DNA of 64,000 nt from Adineta vaga (GCA_021613535.1 CP075492.1:16120001-16184000), one strand, 5' to 3'. Positions 1 through 13,799 are shown, counted from the stretch's first letter. The notes: generated from the sequence alone by a model not told the origin. Made by a program: numbers and translations.

Positions 1-559
1 TCGTTTTCAATGTGTTTTGCTTATGTGGCTTTGCTCTGGGTGAGTAGACGTGCGATGTAAGTGTGAGTGCTTCGCTTGGATGTTGCTGTATGCTTCTTTT
101 TTTCCATCATCCCCATCCAGTTAGCTTTCACAATGATCAATCTATTCATATTTTGATTTTTTTTTCATACAACTTTCATCATCAATTATGGCTCAATTAA
201 TTATTTCTTTTGAATACACTACAAAAAGGTCAGAATCTTGACGCCGTTTTATAAACACAATGAGAACTGGCGAACAGACTTTTGCGTATTATCATTGAAT
301 TCTCAATCAAGTTCGAGTCAGAGGGTGGGTATTCACTTCTTCTTCACCCACTCAAATCCATCAAAAACAGCTGTTAGCGCAATCCCTACAAGATTAAAAA
401 TGCGAAACACAATGTCGCTGCAGTGTCTGATATAAAACAGAAATATCATCATCAGCTGAGTTGTCAAATCAATAAAAATCTACTCTGAAAGAAAAAAAAG
501 GAGTCTTCCGCAACTTTTTATGGTTCTGCATCATTCACAGGACCAGAAAAAGTTCTGTC

Positions 560-1828
560 TGTCATATGACGAACCGTTCCACCCGCTCGATTCGACTAAT
601 TCATGTGTTTTACGGAGCGAGGCAAACGGTTCATTTTCAGAGTTCAAGATAATAATTTGTATTTTGGATTCGGTTCGAAACAAAACGTATATAGGAAATA
701 AAGCAGAATCGATGTTGCATGTATTTTACATGGAATGATGGACTACTAAATGAAATGTTTCCCAAAAAGGAGAATTTAGAGTCCTCAAAGAAGCTAGCCC
801 ACTAAATTACACCTGCAATACTTACCTAAACGAATATGGTCCCAACTTCACCTACGTCGCTGATTCCGAATCTGATATTGGTTTTGAGTCAAACGTATTT
901 TCCTAGTGAAACAATACTTGGAAAAGGTCTCACAATGCGCAAAAACTGTATTTTATTACCAAATTGCCTAAATACGTCTTATATGACCTTTAGTTTGGGA
1001 GTTTGCCAAATGCTTGGTTTTGTAGCTAGTCAGAAGGACTATCATAATCTCTTATATTAATATTTAAAATAAATTTACATAGACTTCGATTATGATACGT
1101 TTGTTGATGCTATAATGGAAAAATATTAGTAAACATCAGTTTTTTCATGTTTTACATCAACTACCATCCAATGTTATTTCGATAAGATTTCGGGCTCTAA
1201 ACAGTAGTTGGCACAGATACAGATTGATAAGTACGACATAGTTTTGATTGAAGAAGATGGAATCAATTCTTTCTCACATTGAAAGATCCAGGTATCAGAA
1301 GGCTCGATACATGCCAAGATCGCTCTGACGAAAATGTTTGAAGAACGCATCAGAAGTATCATCTGAATTATTTGACAAGTTCAAAAAATGAGGGTTTTAA
1401 TTACTATATTCTTAATGAAATATCTGTGGTGCTAAAGACTTTTATTTTTGACTCGATAGACACTGATATTGCATCATTCCTCGACTTTTAAACCAAACTT
1501 TTTTTCTAAAACATCTTTTGAGTCGAAATAATCGAAGCAAGAAAAAACACGGTAGAAATCCTTGTAAATTTTCCATGATGTACCTCAATAGAAAATGTAG
1601 GAACTCTTATTAGGTGATGGGTCTATAGTAAGTGCATCAGTGACTAATTTGTTTCGCATTCTAGCGACGCGAAGCAGGAAAAATATTAAATAGATATTTG
1701 GATTGTGCTATTTGTGAAATCTGTACTATGCTGAATTTCTTATTCAAATGACTATACCGTATTTTCAATAGAAATAAATTAGCTAAAAACAATAACCAAC
1801 CGAAACCGAACCGTGCCCAACTCTGCTC
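560..1828 (+). mobile_element. Decayed DNA transposon remnant (possibly hAT-like) with one terminal repeat
   Basis: AACCG/CGGTT subterminal motifs at ~570-680. Terminal-repeat-like AACCGAAACCGAACCGTGCCCAACTCTG at ~1798-1828. Broken peptide at ~860-1125 (LIPNLILVL...DFDYDTFVDAIMEK) faintly resembles a hAT dimerisation region. Confidence 0.3.
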
Positions 1829-1848
1829 TGTACACATTCATGATGCTC

Positions 1849-1881
1849 CTACCCCGCTGCACCCTCCTCGCACCCTCAAGA
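1849..1881. repeat. Telomere-like junction J0 (degenerate C-rich half ending CACCCTCAAGA)
   Basis: cctaccccgctgcaccctcctcgcaccctcaaga; ends in the same anchor as J1 and J4. Confidence 0.6.
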
Positions 1882-2023
1882 TTATATGTGCTCTTTGTAT
1901 TAATGAAAAACACGATCAACAAATTCAGTATAATATAGTGTTGAAGTGATGAGAGCATTTTCAAACATCATTTCTTTCCATATATAAAAAAATTCTTAAG
2001 TTAAAAAAAAGGAATTCATTTTT

Positions 2024-3081
2024 CTAACAAGAATTTTTATCTATAAGAAATTTTTGAACACGATTATTTAAAGTATCAGTAACATATAAATTTCCTTCGC
2101 GATCAAGAAATAAATCAGAGGGACCATGTAATTGATCTGAATTAGAACCTTCACCATTTCCTCCAGCAATTAATGTTCCATTCGTTGCATCTTTTAACCA
2201 ACGCATAATTCGATTATTTCCTTTATCTGCAATATAAATTGCACCTTGTTGATCAACATAGACACCTGATGGTTCATTGAATTGATCGTAACCATTGCCT
2301 GAAATACCTGATTGACCGGCAACAAGAATTGGTTCCTCATCATTTTCATTTATTTTAACAATTCGATGTGTTAAATATCCAGTTGAATAAATTGTTCGAT
2401 TTTGATCAATAAATATGAAATTTGATTGACGTAATTTCGATACAATAAACTCTCCATTAAATTGATCATCATTAAAATTCCATTTTGTAATTTGCCCATC
2501 AGCATATTCTGATATATATATATAACCTTGATTGTCTTGTGCAATTCCTACAGCTTGTATATTATCAATAAGAACGTCACATTGATCTTGATTTTGATAA
2601 CAACGAACAACTTGATGACGTCCACCATTAGTTATATAAACAGTACCATTTTTATCAACAATAATATCATATGGAATAAATAATGGAGAGTTATGATCAT
2701 TATCTGGGTATTTAACACCTGCAATCCATTGACCAATTGTTGCATTTTGTTCCCATTTAACAATTCGATCATTTACTTCATCAACAATATAAATATCATC
2801 ATTATCACCAAGAAATATTCCCTGGGGATGAATTAATTGATCAAGTTCATGTCCAGAATCTTTCCCTCCAGCAACTGTTATTCCAGTTTTCGACCATGTT
2901 GCTGTAGAACATATTTCCGAATCTATTTCAAAGAAATTTATATTTTAAAAAACAAAACATTTATTTTCATTTACTTGATAAACTAAAATAAAACAAGCGA
3001 TATGTAATTGATGAAAAACATAAAGTACAATAAAAAAACTCACTTGATAAGAAAAATAATGAAATAGAAAAAGAAAAACAT
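2024..3081 (-). CDS. Secreted NHL-repeat (beta-propeller) protein, 3 exons including an 8-nt micro-exon
   Basis: ATG at 3081, micro-exon 2975-2982 and main exon 2024-2922 splice in frame to MFFFFYFIIFLINLSNSEICSTATWSKTGITVAGG. NHL motifs such as AGGNGEGSNSDQLHGPSDLFLDREGNLYVTDTLNNRVQKF. Confidence 0.85.
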
Positions 3082-3849
3082 TTTTTAATGACGAAAAAAA
3101 TAAAATATTTTCTCTTTAAAACTATAATTTTTTTTATCTAGTCATCAATACATCGGCATTTTATTTTAATCTTCACATCGTCAGATATCAATTACATTAT
3201 TTTATTATTCTTTTCAAATTTTGATAAACTTTAAATAAATACTCAAGTGGATTTATCATATTAATATCAAAAGAGAAAAATCACACGATTTTTTGTCAAA
3301 TATTCATACTTTCAACAGACGTTGAATTGGAAATTATTTACATAGATGTATAGAAAGATTTCAGAGACATGTACAATTGTAACACTCTTGATTGTTTCAT
3401 TCTACGTATGTAGCAATTCGTACATATAGAAATAAACAAAAAAAAAACTTTTCTCTTCTATTCAATATTGTATTTGCATTCCGTTTTATTTACATATTTA
3501 TTAATAAAGTTCACTAGAATGTGGAGATAGGATCTAGAAAAGAAAATTGTTTTTAATATAACAAAAATAGTCAATATGTACAATTTTGTGTTCATCCAAG
3601 ATATATTCGAATAGGATCACCAACATTAGGTTTAGAAAAGACTATTATTGATTTCCAAACAGAATTTGTTTTTGGAATCTTTTATTTACGATAAACTGAG
3701 TGTGGTAGAAAACACTTTGTCTTATACAAGAGGAGATATATTATAAAACAGACATTGCATAATATCTATTTTTTGTAATGATAGGTACCTTTGCTTGAGT
3801 TTAAGAAGGACTTCTCAGAAATACTTCATCTTCAATTTACTTGTTCATT

Positions 3850-6800
3850 AAACAGATGTTCATTTTACAACTTTAGTTTGATGATCGTATATTGACTGAA
3901 CAATTTAATTTGTTTTAAAATTATAATGCAAAACTTTTCAGAATGATATTTCTCTTTTATCTAGTCAACCAGATGTCTTTTTCATGGTTATACTCATCAT
4001 ATTTTATATTCTTATTTCTATCTATTCTTCCTTTTATTCTAACAAGATCACTTGCTTTTACATCAATTCAAATAATAACACTTCAACATCCAATACTTGA
4101 ACAGTTTAATAACAAGTTACAATGTTTATGTTCGAATACAACAATTTCATCCAATTTGTTCAAGTGATTTTGTATCTAATAAGTGGATTCAATTTCTCAG
4201 TCGACGTCATTCTAATATTTCCTATTTACCGATTGATTTTCGTACATCAGCTAGTATGCAATTTCAAGCACTTGCTTCTTTATGTAACATTTCACAAACA
4301 ATCGTCGAGAAAAATTTGAATGAATTTCTTCGTAAAAAACTTATCGTTTTGAAACCAATATCAGCATCGTCTCTTCTATCTCAAATACAAGCGATTGTTG
4401 CTGATTTTCAAACTCATCGATTAGATATATTTTATCATGAATTACAACTTATTCAACAAATGATTATAAGTAATCAACTTCTTTCTGGTTTAGAAACAAA
4501 TTTTGTTCCTTATATCGGTGTTTTTTCCAATGGTTTATCTCTTAAAATGGGTAGACTTGTTTATCAACAAACAAAATATGTTAGTTCATGTTCCTGTCGT
4601 CTTGCAAATTGTCAACTCTTGTCAGGTATTTATGATGTGACAAATAATTCTGATATTTATCCTAATTCTGCATATATGCAACCTTATTTATATGATATAC
4701 AAATGATTATACCAGGTTTAGTGATTTCATGTTATCCAATGCAATCAATACTTCGTTCAACATTAGAATGTTTTTATAATTAAACATGTGTCGATACTAT
4801 CATTTCAATCATTGATGATACAACTCGTTGGAATTTTACGGTATTAACACAAATAGTATCATTAAATGTAACAGTGGAAGATCTTTTTCGTAATTTAATG
4901 ATTGAAACATGGACCTCGATGAATTTTTCCTATGAACAATATTATAGTGCATGTGCACCATTCTCATGTTCATATGCAATCGTAAAACAAAATGATTTCT
5001 TTGATATATTTCGCATATTTATTAGTTTCTATGGTGGTTTAACTATTGTTCTTCGTTTTATGATACCTTGAATTATAAAATGGTTTCGACGACGACGAGT
5101 ACAACAGTTACATATTCTAAAAAAATTGAAGAATAAAGTCATTATCAAAAATATCCGACAATCTCTTATCAATATGAATATCTATCGTAAATATTATGAT
5201 GATCCAAATGATCTTCAACGTATTGCCAATCAACATATGACTACACGATTATTTTTTGTTATCTTTACAGTTGTTCTAAATATTCTAAGTATTTATGTAT
5301 CGAGTACATTTGAAATTCGACAAGAAACTATCTATCAACCTAACGAAAATCAAGTAAATCAATTTCGACAAATGTATCCAATCTCTCTTTCTTGTTCTTG
5401 TACAGAAATATCAGTACCATACAATGCATTTGTTTCTCTTCAGCCACATTATCATCAAATATGCTCAAGTATTTTTGTTACTGAATCATGGATAACATTT
5501 ATTACGTTTTATAATGTATCAGTTGGCCCTTTGGCCGCTAGTGACATTCGAGTATCAGCTAGTAGTTTCTTTCGAATGTTACAGACATTGTGCAGATTTG
5601 CTCAACAAACTATTGTTGATAGTGAATATATTTTTTTACAAACACAATTAATCAGTGTTGAACTCTTAGAAAAATCATTATTTGAATTACAAGTACGAGC
5701 AGATATTCATGATTGGCAAGCAGCAACGATCAATGCATTTGCTCGTGATCAGCAACTTATTCGGAATATTATACAAGGAAATCAAATAATGGCTGGATTT
5801 CTTTTGAATTTTTATTTCGTAAGATTGAATGAAAATCAATTACAAAATAGATCTTTGTTTTCATTGATAATCTTTTTAGAGTTTAGAACTCAATAATCAA
5901 TTGAAACCATTCTCTAATCCTATTAGTATGCAAAATAATGGAGCAATAGTATAAATTCATCTGTTAACATATCATAACTAGATAAAAACGATTTTCTTTT
6001 AGACTTATTCTCGATGTTTATGTGCTGTTGATCAAACATGTGCTTGGCAATCATTTATTACAGGCGACAATATTTCACCCCGTAGGTTTATTCCTGGTAT
6101 GTTTGGAGGATGTTATCCAATAAATAGTGTATTACAATCGGCATTGGAATGTTTTTATAATCAAACATGTATGAATATATTGCAAGTTGGTTTTGGAGGA
6201 TCACCTAATGAAACAAGGTTTCCTATTCTTAATTCGTCATTAAATTCAAAAGATGAAACAGTATGAAAAAGATATTTCTTTTTCTTTTTTATTACAGATG
6301 TTTGTTTTAAGATTGAAAATATTGTCAAACGATTAATGGTCGATAATTGGCAAGTTAATGTCAATTATTCTGCTTATTTTAATGCATGTGCCTTAACATT
6401 TTGCACTTATGAATATACTCAACGACATAGTTTTTCTTATCTAATTACTATGATTATTGGTATTTTTGGAGTATTAATAAAGGGATTATATTTTTTTATT
6501 CCCATTTCTGTCAAATTGTTTTAAAAAATCAGACAAAGTCTTCATAATGAAAAGAATATCAATTGATTTGATTTATTTCTATATAGGTTGCCATTCAACC
6601 GCACCAAGGAAAACAATGAGACAACATTTTCAAGCTATTCGAGATCGTATTTATTCTTTTAATCTATTTCGTCAAGTCAATTCTGATGATATAAAAGTAC
6701 AAATACAACGTCAATTGACTCGATTCTTTGCGTTTATTCTTTTGACAACGTTTACAATTGTTTTTCTCAATATGGCTCTTCAATTTAATAAAGAAATAAT

Positions 6801-7767
6801 TCAATATCATCACCTTCGCTTGTTGAATATCAACATCTCTACAACCGTATGAATCTTCAATGTTCTTGTTCTCGCGTAGCTATTCCTTATTCATCATTTT
6901 TATCACTAAAATTACCTACATATCATCAGATTTTGTAAGACAAAAATGGATCACACTGATGTTTACACCAAATATTAATCAATACTTCAATGATACGATT
7001 TATCGAGGTTCACCATATTATAATCTAAGACAATATCCTGCAACTGATTATCGATCAATAGCTACATACCATTTTCAAATTCTTGCTGCATTTTGTTATT
7101 TATCGAACTCAACTATCGTTGCGGCATTAAAACAGTTAAAAACACAAAATTTCGTTAATTCTTTTCTTCTTGCACCACACGATTTTGACATGCAAATTAC
7201 ACTCTTAACGGATCAGTTAATATTGACTGTATCCAATGCATTTATTCAAAGTCTTCGTTTGATTCAAATAGCAATGCATACTAATGCTCTTTTCACTATC
7301 ACGACAAGTAATTGGCAATTTTATCCAAGTGATCTCAAACCTTTTCTAACTGTTCGTACGCAACCTGTCATTTATAATAAATCTACAAGTAGTTGCTCTT
7401 GTGCTTTAACACCATTATGTGTACAATCAGCTACTATGGATAATGTTACTCTACCTGGTCTAATGGTAGGTTGTTTTCCACTCGAATCGCTTCTTCAATC
7501 GACACTTGAATTATTATATAATCGAACACTTGTCAATTTCTTATCAAAAAACATCAATGAGACATTTAATGCATTAGATGAATCACTCATAAGTCAGTAT
7601 AAACCAACAATTACAACAGTCGAATCGATCCTCTCTCAACTCATGGTAGAACAGTGGGAATCAGTAATAAATGAAACATCTTATGCTATGTATTATGCTC
7701 AATGTTCACCTTCATCATGTGCATTTACATATATTAAACGACAAAATTTAATAGTTAGTATAACATA
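3850..7767 (+). pseudogene. Large multi-module Cys-rich membrane protein (three similar modules), disrupted and 3'-truncated
   Basis: Three repeats of motifs C-C-S..S.PY/HQICSS.F, GC.P..S.L.STLEC.YN and CAP..C.Y.Y followed by TM segments. In-frame stops (e.g. 4781-4783, 5069-5071) and frameshifts. The reading frame runs into junction J1 where the last TM helix would be expected. Confidence 0.75.
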
Positions 7768-7849
7768 TCTTGAGGGTGGGTGTGGGTATGGATCTTCAGG
7801 GTGAAAAATGAGTATCACACCCACACCCATCCCACCCACACCCTCAAGA
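7768..7849. repeat. Telomere-like head-to-head junction J1
   Basis: TCTTGAGGGTGGGTGTGGG...unique spacer...CACACCCACACCCATCCCACCCACACCCTCAAGA. Confidence 0.9.
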
Positions 7850-8250
7850 TACAATTGTATTTGCTCATCCATTAGATGGAAAAGCACTGTTACATCTAGA
7901 GGATGCTGATGATACAGGTTCAATTGTGCGTGAAATCTTAGAAAATCCAGAAAAATCTATTGGCCAAGATATTTGTATTTGTGGAGAAGAAATTCGGTTT
8001 GAAGATGTTCAAAAATTTTCACAGAAGTTACTGGTATTCCATCAATTTCAAAAACATTAACCGAAGAAGAATTTCGAGGAGCGACAAGTTTTCTATCAAA
8101 ACTGATACAAGATGATCTTTTCTATATGTATAAATGGTTTGAACAATTTGGTTGTTTCGGCAAAGAGAAAGATTAGACAACAGGAAAATAATTAACACAT
8201 TTGAATACATTTGAAGAATGATTAAAGAAAACAGAATGGAAAGGTGAGTA
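7850..8250 (+). pseudogene. 5'-truncated NmrA-like (atypical SDR) gene fragment
   Basis: TIVFAHPLDGKALLHLEDADDTGSIVREILENPEKSIGQDICICGEEIRFEDV...VTGIP...YMYKWFEQFG matches the C-terminal half of NmrA-like proteins. Frameshifts and stops are present, and the Rossmann N-terminus is missing. Confidence 0.7.
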
Positions 8251-8659
8251 AGAAGGATGAATATGTATCATTTTATTTTCTTAATTTATAATACAGACAA
8301 CTAGAGGACTAAGATCCTTATTATCCTGAAGAAACATGCTTCTAGACTTGTTTGTTCTTTACCTACAAGAAAGTACAGTTTTATGATTACTTAAACGTAT
8401 AACTTCATGTGGATAAAAGTTCTTACTCACCTTTTAGTTTCTTTTGTTTTAAAGATTTGATAAAGGAGATTATTCGTATCCTTCTCAATAATTTATTTAA
8501 TGTTTATGATTTTGATCATTCCTGTATTAAGGATATATTTTCTTTATTTCAAATTAATTTCATATGTAAAGAAACTGAGTCAAACTATACCAGTAACTTT
8601 ATACTTTAAATTGTCAAGTACCGAAATCTTATTTTTTAACAAACACGAATATAATGTTA

Positions 8660-10941
8660 TTAGCATAATCGATGATCTTCTTTTTGTAGTTGTTTATGAA
8701 GCGAACCGAGAATGTTATTCTGATAGAAGATCGATAATTCTTGAAGTGTCTGAAAATGAAATAAAATAAAGTATTAAAGATATATATTAAGAAGAAATAA
8801 GGATGATTACCGTGCTCTCGCGTAAGGAGTCAGCGAGATGTTGAGCTCCAACAGATCCGATATGATTATCCTCAAGAAACAATGAGGTGAGTATCTATAA
8901 ATAGTAATCACGATGATTATAAAGAAAATAAAAAGCAAGTGAAAATTACCTGATTACGTCGTAGAGCATCAGCAAGATGCCGTGCCCCATCAAGTCCAAT
9001 TTTATTACGATCAAGATACAGTGTAGTTAGAGCCTTTGAAAAGAAATCAAGATAAATATGATTGAGATGGAAAATAAAATAAAGATGATTACCATATTAT
9101 ATCGTAGTGCATAAGCTAGATGTTCTATTCCAAAATCCCCAATTTGATTTCCTCCAAGATACAACATACTGAGTATCTGTAAAGATATACGTATGATAAC
9201 GATGTATATATATATATGAATGAAATGAAAGAAAAATACAAACGATTACCTTATTCTCTCTTAAGGTTTCAGCAATAAACTGCAGACCAGTATCTTCGAT
9301 TTGATTCTCGTTAAGATTTAGTGAGGTAAGTGTCTATCAAAGAAGATGATGACATAATAATGTTGTAAGAATCATAGAAAAAAAATTAAAACCTCGTTGG
9401 AACATAGAGCGTCGGCAAGATACTGTGCACCAACATTACTAATGTGATTTCTACTAATGTTCAGTTTTTTGAGTGTCTATTAACAGAGAGCAATATGTAT
9501 ATAGATAAGCGAATAATAAAACGAGAACTACTGTGTTATTTCGTAGTGCATCAGCGAGATATTGAAGTCCAATATCGCCGATTTGGTTCTCCAATAACGT
9601 TAACTCAGTAAGTTTCTGTAAATAGAATACACAATAAATATGAAAGATAGAAATCAAATGAAAGTAATCACTGTGTGACTTCGTAATGCAGCAGCAAGAT
9701 ATTCGCTTCCAAGGTTTCCAATTTGATTATTTTTAAGGTTTAATTGAGTAATTGACTGAGTAGAAGTATGTCAAAGAATATGTAAAGTATAAAGAAATAT
9801 AGATGATTACCTTGTTACCTATTAGTCCATTGGCAAGATATTGAGCACCAATATCTCCGATTTGATTGTTGTCAAAATTTAACATCGTAAGTGTCTGTGA
9901 AGCAAAGATAGAAATAATTATGATATGAATAAACAGAAATCGAATATTATACCTCATTTTCTCGTAAAAGATCAGTAAAATGCTGCATACCGGTATCTCC
10001 AATTTTGTTTTTACCAAGACTCAACACAATTAGAGTCTATTGAACAAATGAGATTCTAGACACATAAATAAAATAAATGGAAAATAATATGATTACTTTG
10101 TTGTTTCGTAAACCTTCAACGAGATATTGTATTCCAATAGGTCCAATCTCATTTGCCCGGAGACCAATCATGAGAAGTTTCTATGAAGAAAGATGACGAA
10201 GAATATTATAGTAATAAAAAGAAAATGAAAATCACTTTGTTATATCGTAACATATTAGCTAAATGCTGCATCTCAGCATCTCCAATTTGAGTGCCATGAA
10301 GACAGAGTGCAACAAGTGCCTGTAAATTGAAGATGAAGATAGACATTAAAGAAAATGAGGATTACCTTATTATCTACCAAAGCTTCAGCAATATACTGCG
10401 TTCCAGTGGTTCCAATCTGGTTTTCATCAAGGTACAACGTATTGAGAGTCTATGAGTAAAGATAAAATCACAGAAAATAAAACTTAGATAAAGATCACTT
10501 ACCTCGTTATCTCGTAGTGCATCAGCAAGATGTTGTATTCCCGCCTCTTCTATTCCAGTATTAATAAGATTTAGCGACAAAAGTGTCTTTAAATATAACG
10601 ATGAAAAAATTAATTATTAAAAAATCAAAATGTGTACCTTGTTATGTCGTAGAGCATTGCCGATATATTGAGCTCCGATATCTCCAATTTGATTCCCACT
10701 AAGATCTAGTTCAGTTAATGCCTAGAGACAAGAAAAGAAACAATTAGCTCGATATTATCCGACATGTCTTAATAAGGATGGAAAAGAATAAGATTGATCT
10801 TACCGTATATCTTGAATAGGTGCCCAAAATTTCGTTTAGTCGTTTACAAACGTTTTGCACTGAGCATAAAAGATTAATTTCATCGAGATGGTCAAAAATG
10901 CGATAGAGAAATTCTATAGGTAATTCATGGAGAGGATGCAT
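8660..10941 (-). CDS. F-box + ribonuclease-inhibitor-type LRR protein (NLRC3-like repeats), one LRR per exon
   Basis: First exon MHPLHELPIEFLYRIFDHLD...VCKRLN (F-box). Then 14 phase-0 exons of ~84 nt (e.g. ALTELDLSGNQIGDIGAQYIGNALRHNK) and a terminal exon ending TAA at 8660-8662. Confidence 0.85.
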
Positions 10942-11415
10942 GCTGCTGCTTGATACCGACAAAACTGTTCAACTGAAAAAACACATATCTGTTACATTTT
11001 ATTTAACTTCGGCCTTTAAACTACAAAAACAAGAAAAAAGACTACCTACATGCGTATACAACCTTCGCTTTGTATGACTGCAATCACGTTGGTTTACCGC
11101 ACTGTTTTATTTACGCTCGAAGCAATCACTTCCTTCTTTACCTACCTAAGGTACATATTTTTTTTGATGATATCAGTGTTGGTAGAAAGCAAATTTGAGT
11201 TCTACAAACGTTTCTAGAAGAAGTCTATGTCGAAACAATTGGACATACATCGTCTGATGATTGATGTAATGTTTTTCTGGTAACTATTTTAGGCAACAGC
11301 AGTACCTCTTCAAAGAAAAGAAATGGTTTCTTAAACTAAGTAATGATCATTATTAACATTTTTTTGTAAAGTATACACTAAATTATATTCGATATTACAA
11401 AAAATAATTATTTTA

Positions 11416-11823
11416 CTATAGTCTTTCACGACCATCGAACACAAGTTGATCAAGTTCCATAAAAAGTTCATTATCTGGATCTTTTATTATTTCAGGCATT
11501 ACGGGAACAAAAGCTGGAGCAGGAGTCGAATCAGAGTCATTATTGGAATCAGAATTTTTCCGTGGAAGTATAGCCAATCGTACAAGGAAAACCCATCGAT
11601 CATCTTTTTCGTGTCCTATACATACGTAATGCATAGGATTTTCCTCGCAATCGTCCTCTGACGTCACACAATGAAAAAACCAACCAGCTGCTTCGTTAAC
11701 ATGTTGACCAACTTCTTCTCGAATTTGATTGTCTAGTAATATAAGCTGCTGCACAGGCGTTGATTTCACTACCAATCTAGACCACATAGTGAACAATTTT
11801 TTCCTTGGCTGTTCTAAATCCAT
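11416..11823 (-). CDS. Uncharacterised 135-aa protein
   Basis: Single open frame with protein-like composition in AT-rich surroundings; no domain recognised. Confidence 0.5.
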   Translation of the reverse strand: MDLEQPRKKLFTMWSRLVVKSTPVQQLILLDNQIREEVGQHVNEAAGWFFHCVTSEDDCEENPMHYVCIGHEKDDRWVFLVRLAILPRKNSDSNNDSDSTPAPAFVPVMPEIIKDPDNELFMELDQLVFDGRERL

Positions 11824-12389
11824 TTTCTGACTAGTGTTGTCGAAAATTTAATCTAGCAATCAACGCACGTATTCTATTTATATGAAGAATTAAATGAGAA
11901 AAATGCTTACATGACATAGTATTACTCAATGTTTGACTCATTCGAAGCAATATTTTCTCTTTTCAAGCGTATCCGAATAAAGAGAAAAAAAACATGATAG
12001 ACAAACAAAATATAATGCGATGAAAACAGAAGAGGATCGAAAAAGAAAACAAGGTAAATACAGCATATTTGTATAATTACAATGCATATCACAGGTATTT
12101 TAAACATTAAGAGGAAGAAGAAAGCTCTAATGCTTCGATTACATCGCTTTGTAAATCAACTGGAAGATTGTTTTGCTACAGACAAAAGTGTTGCGGGTTC
12201 GATTTCAGTCGAAGCATCACATAAATCGAACATGCAATCTTTCTCTCTATTTTTGCTATAATATTTACTATCAGGAGAGTAACATGTCAAAACGTTGCCT
12301 CGTCAGTGCATGTATTAAAAATTAATTGTTCACAAAAATGAATATTTCTAAGAAAAGTAAATCGAGATACAAATCGGTTTAAAGAAATA

Positions 12390-13176
12390 ATTGTCAAGTT
12401 CGAATAAATAATAAATGTTTAAGGCATATATTTTCTTGATGGTTTTCTTCTTCAACTTGAAATTGTACTAAATTTTTTTGAATAATTTTATAAATATAAA
12501 TATACTTGAACAAAATGGTAGATGATGAATAAAATTTAAAATAGAAAAAATAAAATTAGCAATTGTTTGTTCGAATTCTGTTTTCATAATCATTTTTTGT
12601 CATATGACGAATTTCTTTTCGTGAATGTTGACGTGGACTGGAACGACTACGTCGAATATTTTTAAAAGCTAATATTATTAACATAATCATCGTGATACTA
12701 AATATTGTTATTAAGACCATTGATGAATAAGATACAAAATCAAGATAAGTTGGTATTTGATCAAAATAACATATAAAATATGATGGTTACACTTCAATAA
12801 AATTCACTCGAATTAATATATGTAGAAAAAATGTTAACCAAAAGAAAGTATTTATACAACATAAGAAATAAGCAAAACGTTTTGAACTATATAAACGTGT
12901 ATCAACATTCTGTGATGATATTAATAGACGATCAATTGATGCTAAAATAAGAAATGTTGGTAATAATGTTGAAAAATAAAATCCAACATAAAATAATAAA
13001 CATATTAAGAAATAAAATACACATACATTTTTTCGCCAAGATTTTTTCAAAAATATAAATATACTGAAGAAATTTTCAATATTTCCAATGATAAATATTA
13101 TTGGAGCAATGTATTTAAATAAGTAAAGGTTCACTTGATTTAGAAATTCGATGGTATTATTCGATGTTGCATTCAT
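12390..13176 (-). pseudogene. Rhodopsin-class GPCR pseudogene
   Basis: MNATSNN N-glycosylation site, TM1 'IGNIEN', 'LASIDR' (DRY-equivalent). Stop at 12787-12789 and apparent internal deletions (TM2-3 and TM6 regions). Confidence 0.75.
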
Positions 13177-13799
13177 TTTTGTTTTGTTTATTATGCAGAT
13201 ATCGAGTTTAACTTTCACTGTTCTTTTTAAAAATGTTTTGTTGACAGGAAAAATAATAGAAATTTTTTGATTGGCTATGACAAGTCAATTTTAATTCAAC
13301 AGAAATGAATAGACTAATATGATATGAATGTTTTTGATTATTTTATTAGTTATTTTAAGCTAAGTTAATGCTCAATGAAATGGAAAATTATTCGACATAA
13401 AACTATGATCAACATAAAGATAAAGGTTATTGAGGTCATATTTTTTAAAAATCAGTAGATATTTTATGAAAAATCAACCAGAAAGATCATGTAATCTGTA
13501 AATATAAGCTATACAATGTTTAGTTTCCTATTAATCAATATATATATAACCTAAAAAAATAAAAACAATCCATGTTAGTTTTAAAGTATTTAATCAGCTG
13601 TATCACAATTACTTGATTTATGTCAACTTCTTGTATGAGTGAATCAGTATCATTACAAAGATTTATTTTTAACAAAGAACATATTTTATAACTGTGTATT
13701 ATCAAGATTTGGATCGATATTTCAATATAAATTAGATTGATTATCATCAGAATTACTCATCATTGTATGAAATACTTCAGAGTTATTATAGAAAATGTC

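Noticed and set aside
7766-7851. J1 as a Tc1/mariner MITE with TA TSD
   Set aside because: TA flanks occur only at J1, internal spacers are unrelated between copies, and the two flanks are different truncated genes. It remains an alternative to be tested.
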